A stretch of 41,469 nucleotides of DNA from Cytophagaceae bacterium (GTDB lineage: Bacteria > Bacteroidota > Bacteroidia > Cytophagales > Cytophagaceae): NCBI GenBank assembly GCA_036386935.1, contig DASVUU010000011.1, forward strand, positions 1 to 41,469, read 5' to 3'. Position 1 is the stretch's first letter; each line of letters begins with the position of its first letter. The translations under genes and the position numbers were made by a program. Below the pieces are notes generated by a model. It was not told the origin of the DNA, searched no databases, and worked only from the letters and a program-made list of their open reading frames with translations. Below, piece after piece: positions 25,033 through 35,593 of the stretch.

Positions 25033-28000
25033 TTATTGCTTGACCTCGATTTTTAAAATCATTTCATGATCATCCATCTCAATGGCCTTTCCTCCAGATA
25101 CCTTATCCGACAAATCCATAGAGAATGCCTGCGTCTCACTACATATATACTCCATATTTGCAAGCAATGCACCATCTATCAATTCATCTTTCTTCTGTAT
25201 GGTTATCTTTATCTTATCCTGTACCTCTAGTCCCATATCCTTTCTCAAATTCTGAACCCTATTGACTACATCTCGGGCAATACCCTCTTTCCTGAGCTCG
25301 TCATTTATGACGATGTCTAAAGCCACAGTGAGTCCGTTTTCCGAAGCAACCAGCCATCCTGGAATATCCTCTGACGTAATTTCTACATCCTCCAAAGAAA
25401 TATTCACGGGACCATCGGAAAGTTGTATTTCCAGCTTATTTGATTTCTCTAAGTTGCTAATTGCCTCTTTACCCAACGCATTGATTGCTGCTGAAACCTC
25501 TTTTAGTTTTGGACCATATTCCTTTCCAAGCTTCTTAAAATTAGGTTTTATTTTTTTGATCAAAACCCCAGAGGTGTCGTCTATGTATTCTATCTTCTTG
25601 ACGTTTACTTCTGAAAGTATCAAATCCTCCACAGCTTCAATTTGTCTTTTAGTCTTATCGCTTAAAACTGGAATCAAGATTCTTGACAGCGGCTGTCGTA
25701 CCTTTATAGTGTGCGCTTTTCGAAGCGAGTGAATCAAAGAGGAAATGCTCTGTGCCATTGCCATTCTTTCCTCCAAATCAACATCGATGCTTTTCAAATC
25801 AGCAAAGGGGAATCTGCTCAAATGTATAGAAGCGGATCCTTCACGCCTCGATACTTCATTTAAATCGGTAAAAAGTCTATCCATATAAAACGGCGCGATG
25901 CAAGAAGACAGCTTTGCTACCGTTTCTAAACAGTGATATAGGGTTTGATAAGCAGCACATTTGTCTTCATTGTAATCGCCTTTCCAAAACCTCTTCCTAT
26001 TCAACCTCACATACCAATTACTAAGATCATTTATTACAAAATCTTGTATCTCTCTCGCTGCTCGGGTTGGCTCATACTCCGTGTAGGCATCATCCACCGT
26101 TTTTATCAAAGTATTCAACTTAGAAATAACCCATCGGTCACTTTCTGTTCTCTTATTAAGAGGAACTTCCTCTTCAGAAAAGTCGAAGTTGTCGAGGTTG
26201 GCATACAATGCAAAAAAGGAATAAGTATTTTGCAAGGTTCCGAAAAACCGCCTTTGAACTTCTGCAACTCCTTCCAAATTGAATTTCAAATTATCCCAAG
26301 GTGGCGCATTGGCGATCATATACCATCTTGTCGCGTCTGGACCATACTTGTCTAACGTTTCAAAAGGGTTTACTACGTTTCCTAGCCTTTTAGACATTTT
26401 ATTTCCTGTCTTATCTAAGACGAGACCGGTAGAAATAACATTTTTGAATGAGATGCTGTCAAACAACATCACTGCAATGGCGTGAAGTGTAAAGAACCAA
26501 CCACGCGTTTGGTCTACGCCTTCAGATATAAAATCTGCCGGGAAATTATTTTCGAAGGTGTTTTCGTTTTCAAAAGGCCAATGCCATTGTGCATAAGGCA
26601 TTGCGCCTGAGTCAAACCAAACGTCGATTAGGTCGGTCTCTCTGGTCATTGGCTTGCCTGAATCACTTAGCAATATCACCTCATCGACAAACGGCCTATG
26701 CAGGTCTTGAGGCTCTGTCTGATTCTTTCCTAAGGCCTTATTTGCCTTTTCGATTTCTTGTCTAAGTTCAGCTACCGAGCCGATGCACTTTTCTTCTTTA
26801 CCATCTTCCGTTCTCCAAATAGGCAATGGCGTACCCCAATACCTTGAGCGAGAAAGATTCCAGTCCACCAAATTGTCGAGCCAATTTCCAAATCTTCCAG
26901 AGCCGGTAGATGCAGGCTTCCAGTTGATCGTCTTATTCAACTCAGACATTCTTGCCTTGGCAGCAGTGGTTTTAATAAACCAGGAATCTAACGGGTAGTA
27001 AAGTACCGGCTTATCTGTACGCCAGCAGTGCGGGTAGGAGTGTTCATATTTTTCTACTTTGAAGGCCTTGTTTTCTTCTTTAAGCCTTATTGCAATGAGC
27101 ACATCGGTTGACTTATACTCAGGATCATTCTCATCTTCTCCATCGTAGTTTTTTACATACTTGCCGGCATAGTCAATAACTTCACTTACGAATTTTCCTT
27201 TTTTATCTACCAATGGCATCTTATTGCCTTCCTCATCTGCCACCATTATAGCAGGAATATCATTTTGTCTCGCTACACGATAATCGTCCGCTCCAAAAGT
27301 AGGCGCGATGTGAACAACACCCGTTCCATCTTCAGTGCTTACAAAGTCGCCAACGATGATGCGGAATGCGGGAGTCTCGGGCTGTACATAGGGCATCAAC
27401 TGCTCATATTCTATGCCAGCCAATGTCTTTCCTTTTGCGGTACCAAGTACTTTGAAAGGAATTAGTTTATCGCCCTCTTTATAATCTTCTAGCTTGAGGT
27501 CCTTTGCTTTGTCGCTAAAATACTTTGGTAGCAAGTCTTGAGCAACAATGACTTTACCAGATTTAAAAGTATAAGGGTTGAATGTCTCAACGATCGAATA
27601 AGTAATGTTTTCACCCACCGCCAACGCACTGTTTGATGGAAGTGTCCAAGGAGTAGTCGTCCAAGCGAGCACAAAAACATCGCCTTGTATTCCTTCACTC
27701 AGTCCAAAGACTTCCGCAACCTTAGCTTTAAAATTTTCTAAAACCTTAAACTGAGCAACGACGGAGGTATCTTTTACATTTCTATAGCAGCCTGGTTGGT
27801 TCAATTCGTGGGAACTCAATCCTGTTCCTGCCCCGGGGGAATACGGCTGTATCGTATATCCTTTATATAAATATCCTTTGTCGTAGAGCTTTTTTAATAA
27901 ATGCCAGACGGTCTCTATATAGTCATTTTCGAAAGTGATGTACGGATTGTCAAGGTCAACCCAATAGCCCATTTTCTCCGTAAGGTCGTCCCACTGAGAC

Positions 28001-28383
28001 TTGTATTTCATCACTGCCTCGCGGCATTTTTTATTGTATTCCTTTATAGAAATCTTTTTCCCTATGTCATCTTTGGTAATGCCTAGTTCTTTTTCTACTT
28101 GTAACTCGACTGGCAAACCATGAGTGTCCCAACCGCCTTTGCGCTTCACTTGAAAACCCTTCAGCGTTTTGAACCTGCAAAAGATATCTTTCACAGTCCT
28201 GGCCATCACGTGGTGAATACCAGGTGTTCCGTTAGCAGAAGGTGGGCCTTCAAAAAAAGTAAATGCGGGCTGCCCCTCTCTCGAAGAAACTGACTCCTCA
28301 AATATTTTATGTTCTTTCCAAAACTCCAGCACTTCTTTGCTTACCTGGGAAAGATCGATGTTTTTGTATTCTTTGTATTTCAC
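25033..28383 (-). CDS. ileS: Isoleucine--tRNA ligase (long type-2 form)
   Basis: PPSANGTPGIHHVMART (HIGH-type motif), KMSKRLGN (KMSKS), editing-domain blocks and a 1116-aa length. Confidence 0.97.
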   Translation of the reverse strand: MKYKEYKNIDLSQVSKEVLEFWKEHKIFEESVSSREGQPAFTFFEGPPSANGTPGIHHVMARTVKDIFCRFKTLKGFQVKRKGGWDTHGLPVELQVEKELGITKDDIGKKISIKEYNKKCREAVMKYKSQWDDLTEKMGYWVDLDNPYITFENDYIETVWHLLKKLYDKGYLYKGYTIQPYSPGAGTGLSSHELNQPGCYRNVKDTSVVAQFKVLENFKAKVAEVFGLSEGIQGDVFVLAWTTTPWTLPSNSALAVGENITYSIVETFNPYTFKSGKVIVAQDLLPKYFSDKAKDLKLEDYKEGDKLIPFKVLGTAKGKTLAGIEYEQLMPYVQPETPAFRIIVGDFVSTEDGTGVVHIAPTFGADDYRVARQNDIPAIMVADEEGNKMPLVDKKGKFVSEVIDYAGKYVKNYDGEDENDPEYKSTDVLIAIRLKEENKAFKVEKYEHSYPHCWRTDKPVLYYPLDSWFIKTTAAKARMSELNKTINWKPASTGSGRFGNWLDNLVDWNLSRSRYWGTPLPIWRTEDGKEEKCIGSVAELRQEIEKANKALGKNQTEPQDLHRPFVDEVILLSDSGKPMTRETDLIDVWFDSGAMPYAQWHWPFENENTFENNFPADFISEGVDQTRGWFFTLHAIAVMLFDSISFKNVISTGLVLDKTGNKMSKRLGNVVNPFETLDKYGPDATRWYMIANAPPWDNLKFNLEGVAEVQRRFFGTLQNTYSFFALYANLDNFDFSEEEVPLNKRTESDRWVISKLNTLIKTVDDAYTEYEPTRAAREIQDFVINDLSNWYVRLNRKRFWKGDYNEDKCAAYQTLYHCLETVAKLSSCIAPFYMDRLFTDLNEVSRREGSASIHLSRFPFADLKSIDVDLEERMAMAQSISSLIHSLRKAHTIKVRQPLSRILIPVLSDKTKRQIEAVEDLILSEVNVKKIEYIDDTSGVLIKKIKPNFKKLGKEYGPKLKEVSAAINALGKEAISNLEKSNKLEIQLSDGPVNISLEDVEITSEDIPGWLVASENGLTVALDIVINDELRKEGIARDVVNRVQNLRKDMGLEVQDKIKITIQKKDELIDGALLANMEYICSETQAFSMDLSDKVSGGKAIEMDDHEMILKIEVKQ

Positions 28384-28439
28384 TCTATTATTGTCTTTTT
28401 ATCAATCAACCGTTAAGTCGGATTGTCATCCGTCTTTAT

Positions 28440-30782
28440 CTACTCGTGTTCTTGTACAACTTTCTTTGCACTTCTTTTATTTTCCTTGATTGGTTTTGCA
28501 AAGTCATATAAAAGTGCGGGCAGCAAGGTAAGGTTTGTAAACATTGCCACAAACAAGGTAATACTTGTCAGTATGCCCAGCGCTTGTGTTCCCCCAAAAT
28601 CCGAAAAAGCAAAAATTATAAACCCGCAAAAAAGTACTATTGAAGTATATATCATGCTTACCCCTGATTCATGCAAACTCACAATAACTGACTTATGAAT
28701 ATCACCGCCTAGCAGCCCCAGTTCTTGCTTGTATTTGCTAAGGTAATGTATAGTGCTATCAATTGAGATACCAAAAGAGATACTGAAAATAAGCGCTGTA
28801 CTTGGTTTTAATGGAATGTTAAACCAGCCCATTATTCCAGCAGTGATGATCATTGGAATAATATTTGGAATCAATGAAATAACGATCATCCTCAAATTGG
28901 TGAAGAGCATAGCCATCATCAATGATATTAGAATGAATGCAAAGAACAAGCTACCGGTCAAGTCATTGATAAGGTATTCATTGCCTTTTAAAAATAGTAA
29001 GGTAGTTCCCGTTATTCTAACATCAAACCCTGCTTTTCCAAAAATCTCTTTGGCCTTTGGCTCCAGTTCATTCTTTACCAAGGCATTCATTTTATTGGTA
29101 CCTAGGTCTTTCACCTTGCTGGTAAATCTGACGATGCGACCGGTTGAATCAACAAATGAGCTGATCAAGCCTTTTTCCTTGCCGTTATTTCCCATATACT
29201 TCAGGATAAACAGCCTATCGGAATTGCTTGGAAGTTTATAAAAGTCAGGGGTGCCGTTGTAGAAGGCTTGCGTCGAACCCTTTACTATATTTAAGATCGA
29301 CAATGGAGGAGAAATATCCTTCTGACCCTTCAGGTAAGTTTCGAACTCCTCTAATAATCTTAAATTAGCAAGCTTCAATATTGCTTTTGGTTTGCCTAAG
29401 TCTACCACGACCTCTAAGGGCATGACACCCTTAAAATTTTCTTCGAAGAAAGCTAAATCAGTTTTTACATTGCTACCCTCCGGCAGGTCATCTACCATGT
29501 AGGAAACACTTTCTATCTTGGTGATACCATACAAGGTGATCGCTAAAATAATACCTGTAATCACGTAAATAAGCTTCCTTTTTTGGATCACTACTTTTTC
29601 CAAATAGCTGTTTAGACTTCTTAAAAATCCCAGGTCCAAATGTTTCAGCTGCTTGCTATTTGGCGAAGGAAGGATGTACAAAAGCGGTGGTATGATCGCT
29701 AAAGTGATCACAAAAGTCGCGAGACTCAATATCCCTGCTACCAGTCCAAATTCTTTGATGATAATGATGTTTGTAAAATACAACACAAAAAAGCCAACTG
29801 CTGTATTTGCATTGGTCATAAAGGTTAGGAACCCAATTTTTTGAATGATTCTGCTGATTGCTTTTACTTTATTCCCGTGTCTTTTAAATTCCTGATGGTA
29901 TTTATTGTACATATAAATACAGTTAGGAATACTTATCACAATAATAAGTGCAGGGAGCATACCGGTAAGCAAAGTCATCTTATACCCCAGAAGAACAAGC
30001 GTTCCCATAGTCCAGCATACAGTTATGACGATTACCAGGAATGTAAAAAATACTGCAAAGAAGGATCGAAAGAAGAAGAACAGAATCAGTGAAGTTACAA
30101 TGGCAGCTAACCCAAGGAAAAGCAAGAATTCACTTTTTACTTTTCCTACCATGATTGCCCTTACATAAGGCAAGCCTGCATAGTGCATCTTTATGCCTGT
30201 GCTTTTTGAAAAGGTTTCCGTGTAGGCGCTAATTTTATCTACTACCTCCTGACGCCGTGGCGAGTTCAACACATCTTTGTCAATGGTGACTGCGATCAGT
30301 GTAGCTTTATTCTCAGGATTACTTATTAAACCTTCATAAAAGCGGGTATTGTCAACATCTGCTAGCAGTGAGTCCAATTCAATTTGCGAACTTGGTTTCG
30401 CATTAAAGATGGCCGAAGTGGTAAATCGTTTTTGTGAAGTATCCTTAACAAGCTTTTTTATGGTCGGGATAGAGATGATGTTTTTTACACCATATACCGT
30501 CGAGATTTGTTGAGTAAGGTCGTAAAAGTGTTGGAATTTATCGAGTTGAAATACACTAGAATCTTTCAATCCAATGACCATGATATTTCCATCCTCTCCA
30601 AAGGTCTTTTTAAACTTTTGAAAATAAATGTACTCTTCATCATCCTCCGGAACCACTTTTATGAAGTCATAGGTCATCTCCACACGTCTGGCCTCGTAAG
30701 CCATAAATGCTGAAATGATTGCCGTAAGGACAAGGAGTAAAATCCTGTACCTAATGATGAACCGGGAGATAGTGCTCCACAT
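28440..30782 (-). CDS. MMPL/RND-superfamily transporter (predicted exporter with 2 x 6 TM segments and two periplasmic loops)
   Basis: 780 aa. An N-terminal TM segment, a large loop and a five- to six-helix bundle, with this layout duplicated. Overall pattern matches SSD/MMPL-type predicted exporters. Confidence 0.85.
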   Translation of the reverse strand: MWSTISRFIIRYRILLLVLTAIISAFMAYEARRVEMTYDFIKVVPEDDEEYIYFQKFKKTFGEDGNIMVIGLKDSSVFQLDKFQHFYDLTQQISTVYGVKNIISIPTIKKLVKDTSQKRFTTSAIFNAKPSSQIELDSLLADVDNTRFYEGLISNPENKATLIAVTIDKDVLNSPRRQEVVDKISAYTETFSKSTGIKMHYAGLPYVRAIMVGKVKSEFLLFLGLAAIVTSLILFFFFRSFFAVFFTFLVIVITVCWTMGTLVLLGYKMTLLTGMLPALIIVISIPNCIYMYNKYHQEFKRHGNKVKAISRIIQKIGFLTFMTNANTAVGFFVLYFTNIIIIKEFGLVAGILSLATFVITLAIIPPLLYILPSPNSKQLKHLDLGFLRSLNSYLEKVVIQKRKLIYVITGIILAITLYGITKIESVSYMVDDLPEGSNVKTDLAFFEENFKGVMPLEVVVDLGKPKAILKLANLRLLEEFETYLKGQKDISPPLSILNIVKGSTQAFYNGTPDFYKLPSNSDRLFILKYMGNNGKEKGLISSFVDSTGRIVRFTSKVKDLGTNKMNALVKNELEPKAKEIFGKAGFDVRITGTTLLFLKGNEYLINDLTGSLFFAFILISLMMAMLFTNLRMIVISLIPNIIPMIITAGIMGWFNIPLKPSTALIFSISFGISIDSTIHYLSKYKQELGLLGGDIHKSVIVSLHESGVSMIYTSIVLFCGFIIFAFSDFGGTQALGILTSITLFVAMFTNLTLLPALLYDFAKPIKENKRSAKKVVQEHE

Positions 30783-30899
30783 ATAGATTTTAAAAGATTT
30801 TAAAGTTAATGATTTTTTTATTTTCTATTGCTTAATTGATCACAGAGGAGATAAATTCCGAACATGAAACAATGGATACGAGGGTGGCGAAACTTAGGC

Positions 30900-31718
30900 C
30901 TATACTATTGGAAAATTACTATTGATAGGATCCTGTTTCAGCAAATTTGAAAGTGCCTTATACAAATCGGGCAGCTTTGCTTTAAAAACTTCAGGTTGTT
31001 CAAAAAAGTGCTCTACACACACAGCAAAAAATTCAGGCAAACTTTTACCAGCATACTTCCTTAGAAAGGACTGCTCTCCTTTTCTTATCCTATTGTATTC
31101 TTTACCACTTACTCTATGCCAAAGTCTTAGGGAATCTTCTTCCATGAAGGCATACTCTTCGCTGGAAAAGGCATCAGAAACCTGAAGTGCATGAGCCATC
31201 TCGTGGAGACCTACATTGAATCCGTCGTGAGGAGATTTATATCCTTTCAAGAAATCCTGCCAGGAGAGCACTATAATTCCGTTTGAATTAACCTCTCCCC
31301 TATGTTTCTTTCCAGTATGGGTAGAAATATATTGCTCTGGATATAGTATAATTTTATTGAAGTTTGAAAACTTTAAAGGTTTGAATCCAAAGGTTAATTG
31401 TACGGCAGACGCGCTCACCAAAACTTTCATTTGTTCGGTGACTTTCTCCATCTTTCGTGGAGTGAAATCTTTATGGATAAGGAAGTATCTGACCCTCCTT
31501 TCAAACTCCCTTTTTAATTTGGGGTGAAGGTCCTGGTAATAAGTAAAGTACCTTGCTAAAATCTCTCTTTGTCTTGGGGTGATACTTTTAATAAGTTTCA
31601 CCTCCCTGATCACTGGTGTCACATACACAGAGTATACGCCTATTCCTATAGAAGAAAAAAACAGGAGAAAGAAGATAAAGGTGATCGCCAGGGCAATGAA
31701 ATAAGACAGGGCAGGCAT
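30900..31718 (-). CDS. Zinc metallopeptidase, M90 (MtfA-like) family, with an N-terminal membrane anchor
   Basis: HEXXH site in GLHEMAHALQ, a downstream EFFAVCVEHFFE block typical of MtfA-like proteins, and an N-terminal TM helix. Confidence 0.8.
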   Translation of the reverse strand: MPALSYFIALAITFIFFLLFFSSIGIGVYSVYVTPVIREVKLIKSITPRQREILARYFTYYQDLHPKLKREFERRVRYFLIHKDFTPRKMEKVTEQMKVLVSASAVQLTFGFKPLKFSNFNKIILYPEQYISTHTGKKHRGEVNSNGIIVLSWQDFLKGYKSPHDGFNVGLHEMAHALQVSDAFSSEEYAFMEEDSLRLWHRVSGKEYNRIRKGEQSFLRKYAGKSLPEFFAVCVEHFFEQPEVFKAKLPDLYKALSNLLKQDPINSNFPIV

Positions 31719-31793
31719 ATACTAAATATACCTTTTTCAAGAATCATTTCCCAGAATATTGCATAAAATCTATGAAGGACACAATTTAAACCC

Positions 31794-33728
31794 TTAATTC
31801 TCTGACTTTAGGACCTTCGCTTCTCCATTAATGTCTTGAGTAACCCTAGGATTGCCTTTGTACAAAACCTCGGATTGACCGCTGGCGTTCACATTAAGAT
31901 CCTCTTTTACATTTACCCGAGCTGTGCCCTGTCCGTCCATGTGAAGATCCAAGACTACAGTTCCTAAATTGAATGCGCTAAGATCCACATCCCCCGAGCT
32001 ATTTATGGTTGCATTTGTTGCAGACCCTTGAAGATAAAACCTTCCCGACCCTGAGTTATTGATTAATAAATTTCCCACAAATATTTTAGAACGCAACTCC
32101 GTTTCTCCATCTGCGCTTAGGCTAAATGTCGGAGCTGTTAAAGAATCTATGGTAACTTTGGAATTGCCACTGACTGACAACTCATCGACATCAATCGCGG
32201 TAATCCTAATTTTAAGCTGCGTAGCTTCACCAAATTCCGCTAGTGGAAAAATCCTCAGTTTACCACTCTTGTTTTCAACCCTAAGATATTTGGATAAATT
32301 CTCATCGGTAGAGATCTCTACCGATTGCTTACTGCCCTTTTTGATTTCCAATTCAAATTGGCCATCGATCTCAATAGAGCTGAAATGGTCAACTTCATAG
32401 TTTTCAATGCTAATTATTCCATTGCCCGACTGTGATGAATTTGAAAATAAATACCCTTTAAATCCAACGAAAAGGACAATAGAAAGCCAAACGAGCAGCA
32501 GACCCCGCTTTAGGTAACTTATATGAAGCTTCGTATTTAATAAGGATTCAATGATCTTAATAAATATCAACAACGCGGGAATTCCTATCAAACAAGCTAT
32601 CGCTGCCTTCTTTGCATCCGACCAAGCCCTAAAATCGAAAAAGTCGGAGTCATAATTGTCGCTAAACTGGAAGTTAAAGGTAGGACCAGCAAGATTTTTG
32701 AGGAAAATATAAATGATCAGCCCAGTAAAGACCAATTGCACCAGCCCATACAGCACTTTACGACTTTTGATATAGTCAAAAAAGAACGCAGATTTTCTTA
32801 AAAATACAATCATCCATTTTGATAATGGAGAATTTGCATCTGCACTATCATTTGCTTCATTTACCAACGAGTCAATGTAAAACAAAATCGGCTTTCCTCT
32901 CATGGCAGTTCTGTCCGCAGCCGTTTGAGCTAAAGGGGCGGCAATCCAGAGAATGAGGTAAGCAATGATTCCGGCTCCGCCTAACAATATTGAAAAAATA
33001 AAGAAGACCCTTAGAAAAATAGGATCAATTCCAAAATATCGGGCAAGTCCTGCAGCTACACCACCTAATACTTTATCATCAGGATCGCGCATGATTCTTC
33101 GACTGAGAGGAAGTTCTTCTGCAGCGAGGTAATTAGGCATTACCACAATAAGAACGAGGTAAATCAACAATGCAGATCCCCTATAAAGTGATAAGCCAAT
33201 GAAAATAAGCCTTATAAATACGGGATCTATTCGAAAGTATATACCTATTCCTTCCGCTACGCCTGCTAATTTCCTATTCTTTACTGACCTGCCTAACTTT
33301 TTCTTTTTAGTAGAGAATGATTGGTCGTCTGCGTAGTAAACTGGGATACTTTCGATAGGATCAATCTCTAAATCAGCCCTGGGGGGAACAGGTGGTTCAG
33401 GCGTTGGGCTGACATGGCCTATGGTTTGGATTAGATAAAGCACATCCAAATACTTAAGTGACACGGCTCTATTGCTAGTTTTTGAATTTAAAATTTCTAG
33501 AATTTTACTTTCAACTTCAAGTAGAATGGCATTATTCTCTTCGTGGGAGTAATGCCTGCGTATTTCTGCCAGATAATCCGAAAGGCGCTCATATGCTTCC
33601 TTTTCTACTTGAAATATAATTCCTGAAACACTGATAGGTATGAGCTGTCCCATTATTTTCTCTTGGGGTATTTTATTTAGATTCCTAAATGTATTGAAAA
33701 TTCTGAGTGCTGGGTTTAATAAGCTCAT
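31794..33728 (-). CDS. PspC-domain membrane protein with a C-terminal DUF2807-like beta-rich domain
   Basis: Two PspC-type segments (KLAGVAEGIGIYFRIDPVFIRLIFI... and VLGGVAAGLARYFGIDPIFLRVFFIFSILLGGAGIIAYLILWIAAP), further TM helices, and a repetitive beta-rich C-terminus (SGNSKVTIDS...SGSGRFYLQGSA...SGDVDLS). Confidence 0.85.
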   Translation of the reverse strand: MSLLNPALRIFNTFRNLNKIPQEKIMGQLIPISVSGIIFQVEKEAYERLSDYLAEIRRHYSHEENNAILLEVESKILEILNSKTSNRAVSLKYLDVLYLIQTIGHVSPTPEPPVPPRADLEIDPIESIPVYYADDQSFSTKKKKLGRSVKNRKLAGVAEGIGIYFRIDPVFIRLIFIGLSLYRGSALLIYLVLIVVMPNYLAAEELPLSRRIMRDPDDKVLGGVAAGLARYFGIDPIFLRVFFIFSILLGGAGIIAYLILWIAAPLAQTAADRTAMRGKPILFYIDSLVNEANDSADANSPLSKWMIVFLRKSAFFFDYIKSRKVLYGLVQLVFTGLIIYIFLKNLAGPTFNFQFSDNYDSDFFDFRAWSDAKKAAIACLIGIPALLIFIKIIESLLNTKLHISYLKRGLLLVWLSIVLFVGFKGYLFSNSSQSGNGIISIENYEVDHFSSIEIDGQFELEIKKGSKQSVEISTDENLSKYLRVENKSGKLRIFPLAEFGEATQLKIRITAIDVDELSVSGNSKVTIDSLTAPTFSLSADGETELRSKIFVGNLLINNSGSGRFYLQGSATNATINSSGDVDLSAFNLGTVVLDLHMDGQGTARVNVKEDLNVNASGQSEVLYKGNPRVTQDINGEAKVLKSEN

Positions 33729-34062
33729 TTATAAATATGATCTAATTTTATCTTTGACAGTCACAAATGGCCAGGCAAGTGGAAATTTACAAAGGGTCAG
33801 TTTTTCCTGATCCTTACCTTGTCTTTGGCCGGATCGACTCCTGGATACTTTTCAGATACGTTTATATTGGTTTAAAAAACTAAATCCATCAGCAAAAATA
33901 ATTGACTCATTCACGGGTTTACAGAACTAGCCAAATAAAGTGGATAGGGTCTAATTATGTAACGGTAGATCTCTTATTTGTAGACCCTTACAATTCTTAA
34001 AAGCTCTTAGAAGGCAGCTGAAAATCATAATGCAATAAGTGGAGGAAAAATTCTTCAAAAAA

Positions 34063-34509
34063 TTAGCAATTGAATTGCCGAAGGTGATGGTCAGTGTGTT
34101 TGTAAATGAAGTATCCCACTTGCTCCTTTGTCATTTTCCCAAAAAAAGGATGGACAAACTCAAAGTTTGAATAATTTGCGTGAGCTTCAATTAATGCGAT
34201 CCATTTGGCTTTTTCTGTTGCTATGTCGCCTTTTAGGTCCTTTACAATGAGCTCAGGACTTGTAACTGCATTTTGCATCATTGGAGTTTCATTCTTTAGG
34301 CTTTGCTTCAATGCTATTCTCCCTATCAGACGTCCAAAAAATATTCGTTTACATTTTACTTTGCCAATGATCATTTCTTCCCAAAGGGTGCAGTGTTTTA
34401 TCATCTGATAAATATTCATCTTACCCCATTTGGAAGTGCTCGCTTCGCCTAATGAGTTAATTCTATTGATGACTTCGTTACGAGTATTTATATCAAATAT
34501 AGTCTTCAT
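34063..34509 (-). CDS. DinB-like/DUF1569-family protein
   Basis: The KWGKMNIYQMIKHC...FFGKMTKEQVGYFIYKHTDHHLRQF pattern, as I recall it for DUF1569; 148 aa. Confidence 0.65.
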   Translation of the reverse strand: MKTIFDINTRNEVINRINSLGEASTSKWGKMNIYQMIKHCTLWEEMIIGKVKCKRIFFGRLIGRIALKQSLKNETPMMQNAVTSPELIVKDLKGDIATEKAKWIALIEAHANYSNFEFVHPFFGKMTKEQVGYFIYKHTDHHLRQFNC

Positions 34510-34518
34510 AAGCTGAGC

Positions 34519-34929
34519 TTATTTCAATTGAGACAAGGAAAACCAATTCCCAGAATCATCCTTAAACAAAGCCTCTGTGTCGTAAAATTCTTCTTTAGGC
34601 GCCTTAATAAATTCAACTCCTTTTGCTTTCAATTCCTCGTAGGTAGCATAGATGTCTTGGCATGTAAAAACGCCAGGGCCAAAGGTGCCTTTTTTCACCA
34701 GGTCTATTAGTGTTGTTACCGTTTCCTTGGTGAACATTCCGCCTTCCGTCAAGGGAAACAATGTAATCTCTATTTCAGGTTGATCTGGAGGGGTGACAGT
34801 GAGCCATCTGCCATCTTTAGGCATGGGGACGTCCATCTTTAATTTTAGACCCAATTTATTTGTGTAAAAATCTAATGCGCTGTCCTGATTAATGACATAG
34901 ACACATATGTGGGTAAGCTTCGTGATCAT
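34519..34929 (-). CDS. VOC-family protein (glyoxalase/bleomycin-resistance fold)
   Basis: 136 aa. It has the N-terminal HICVYV.D...A..FY...LG block and a second half-domain (GVFTCQDIYATYEELKAKGVEF). Confidence 0.8.
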   Translation of the reverse strand: MITKLTHICVYVINQDSALDFYTNKLGLKLKMDVPMPKDGRWLTVTPPDQPEIEITLFPLTEGGMFTKETVTTLIDLVKKGTFGPGVFTCQDIYATYEELKAKGVEFIKAPKEEFYDTEALFKDDSGNWFSLSQLK

Positions 34930-34991
34930 AAATTCTTTCTTTAATATGGTAAAGGTGCAAAGTTTTTGAGGAAATCACTTCTTCAAAATTG

Positions 34992-35414
34992 CTATTCTGC
35001 CCAACCATGTTGGAAAACAAAACAACTTGGAACATAATTTAACGGCGTCTCTATCACCTGGGCTTCCATTTCCCGATGTTGAAGCAAATACTCCGAAGGA
35101 CTGCAGCCGAAATTCCGTTTGAAGAGACCACTGAAAGAGCTTACACTTTCAAATCCTACCGTCTGACAAACTTCACACACTGCATTTCCTTCCTGTAGCA
35201 ATTTTATCGCCCTTTGCATCCTTACATAAATAAGGTATTGGTGTGGAGTTTTTCCATAGCACTTTTTGAACAGGCGAATAAAGTGGAACTTTGAAAAATA
35301 GGCCTCTCCCGCAATGTTATCAAGGTCAATATGATTCGAAAAGTTGTTGTCGATGAAAAGCTTGGCATGGACTATTCTTTTATAAAGGTAAACTTTGGGA
35401 TATTCTATTGGCAT
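34992..35414 (-). CDS. AraC/XylS-family transcriptional regulator, DNA-binding domain only (MarA/SoxS-sized)
   Basis: Two HTH units (LDNIAGEAYFSKFHFIRLFKKCYGKTPHQYL and VCEVCQTVGFESVSSFSGLFKRNFGCSPSEY). At 140 aa there is no room for a ligand-binding domain. Confidence 0.85.
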   Translation of the reverse strand: MPIEYPKVYLYKRIVHAKLFIDNNFSNHIDLDNIAGEAYFSKFHFIRLFKKCYGKTPHQYLIYVRMQRAIKLLQEGNAVCEVCQTVGFESVSSFSGLFKRNFGCSPSEYLLQHREMEAQVIETPLNYVPSCFVFQHGWAE

Positions 35415-35554
35415 CTCTTGCTGCTTTAGCTTCAGCTAAATCAATCTACTAAAAATCGCCCTCATCTGTGCCGAATTGCGTGCACAAAATCCAATATTTA
35501 AAACATTTCTTTTAAAAAAATCTTTCTAAGGTTTAGAAGTAGGCAAGCACGTCT

Positions 35555-35562
35555 TAACTTTG
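35555..35562 (+). promoter_or_regulatory. Candidate -7 promoter box (TAACTTTG) for the SOD gene
   Basis: Exact TAnnTTTG match 32 nt upstream of the ATG at 35594. Motif match only. Confidence 0.35.
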
Positions 35563-35593
35563 AATTTTTCACTCTAACATTAAAACTGAAATT

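Noticed and set aside
25262-30713. Numerous 60-160-aa plus-strand ORFs inside ileS and the MMPL transporter gene (for example 25262-25732, 25945-26355, 28753-29241)
   Set aside because: They are antisense to long, motif-supported genes, have Ser/Phe/Leu-rich low-information translations, and carry no independent signals. They are typical shadow ORFs.
33729-34062. Searched the PspC-upstream gap for remnants of a PadR-type regulator
   Set aside because: All three minus-strand frames are broken by frequent stops, and no PadR-like motif was visible.
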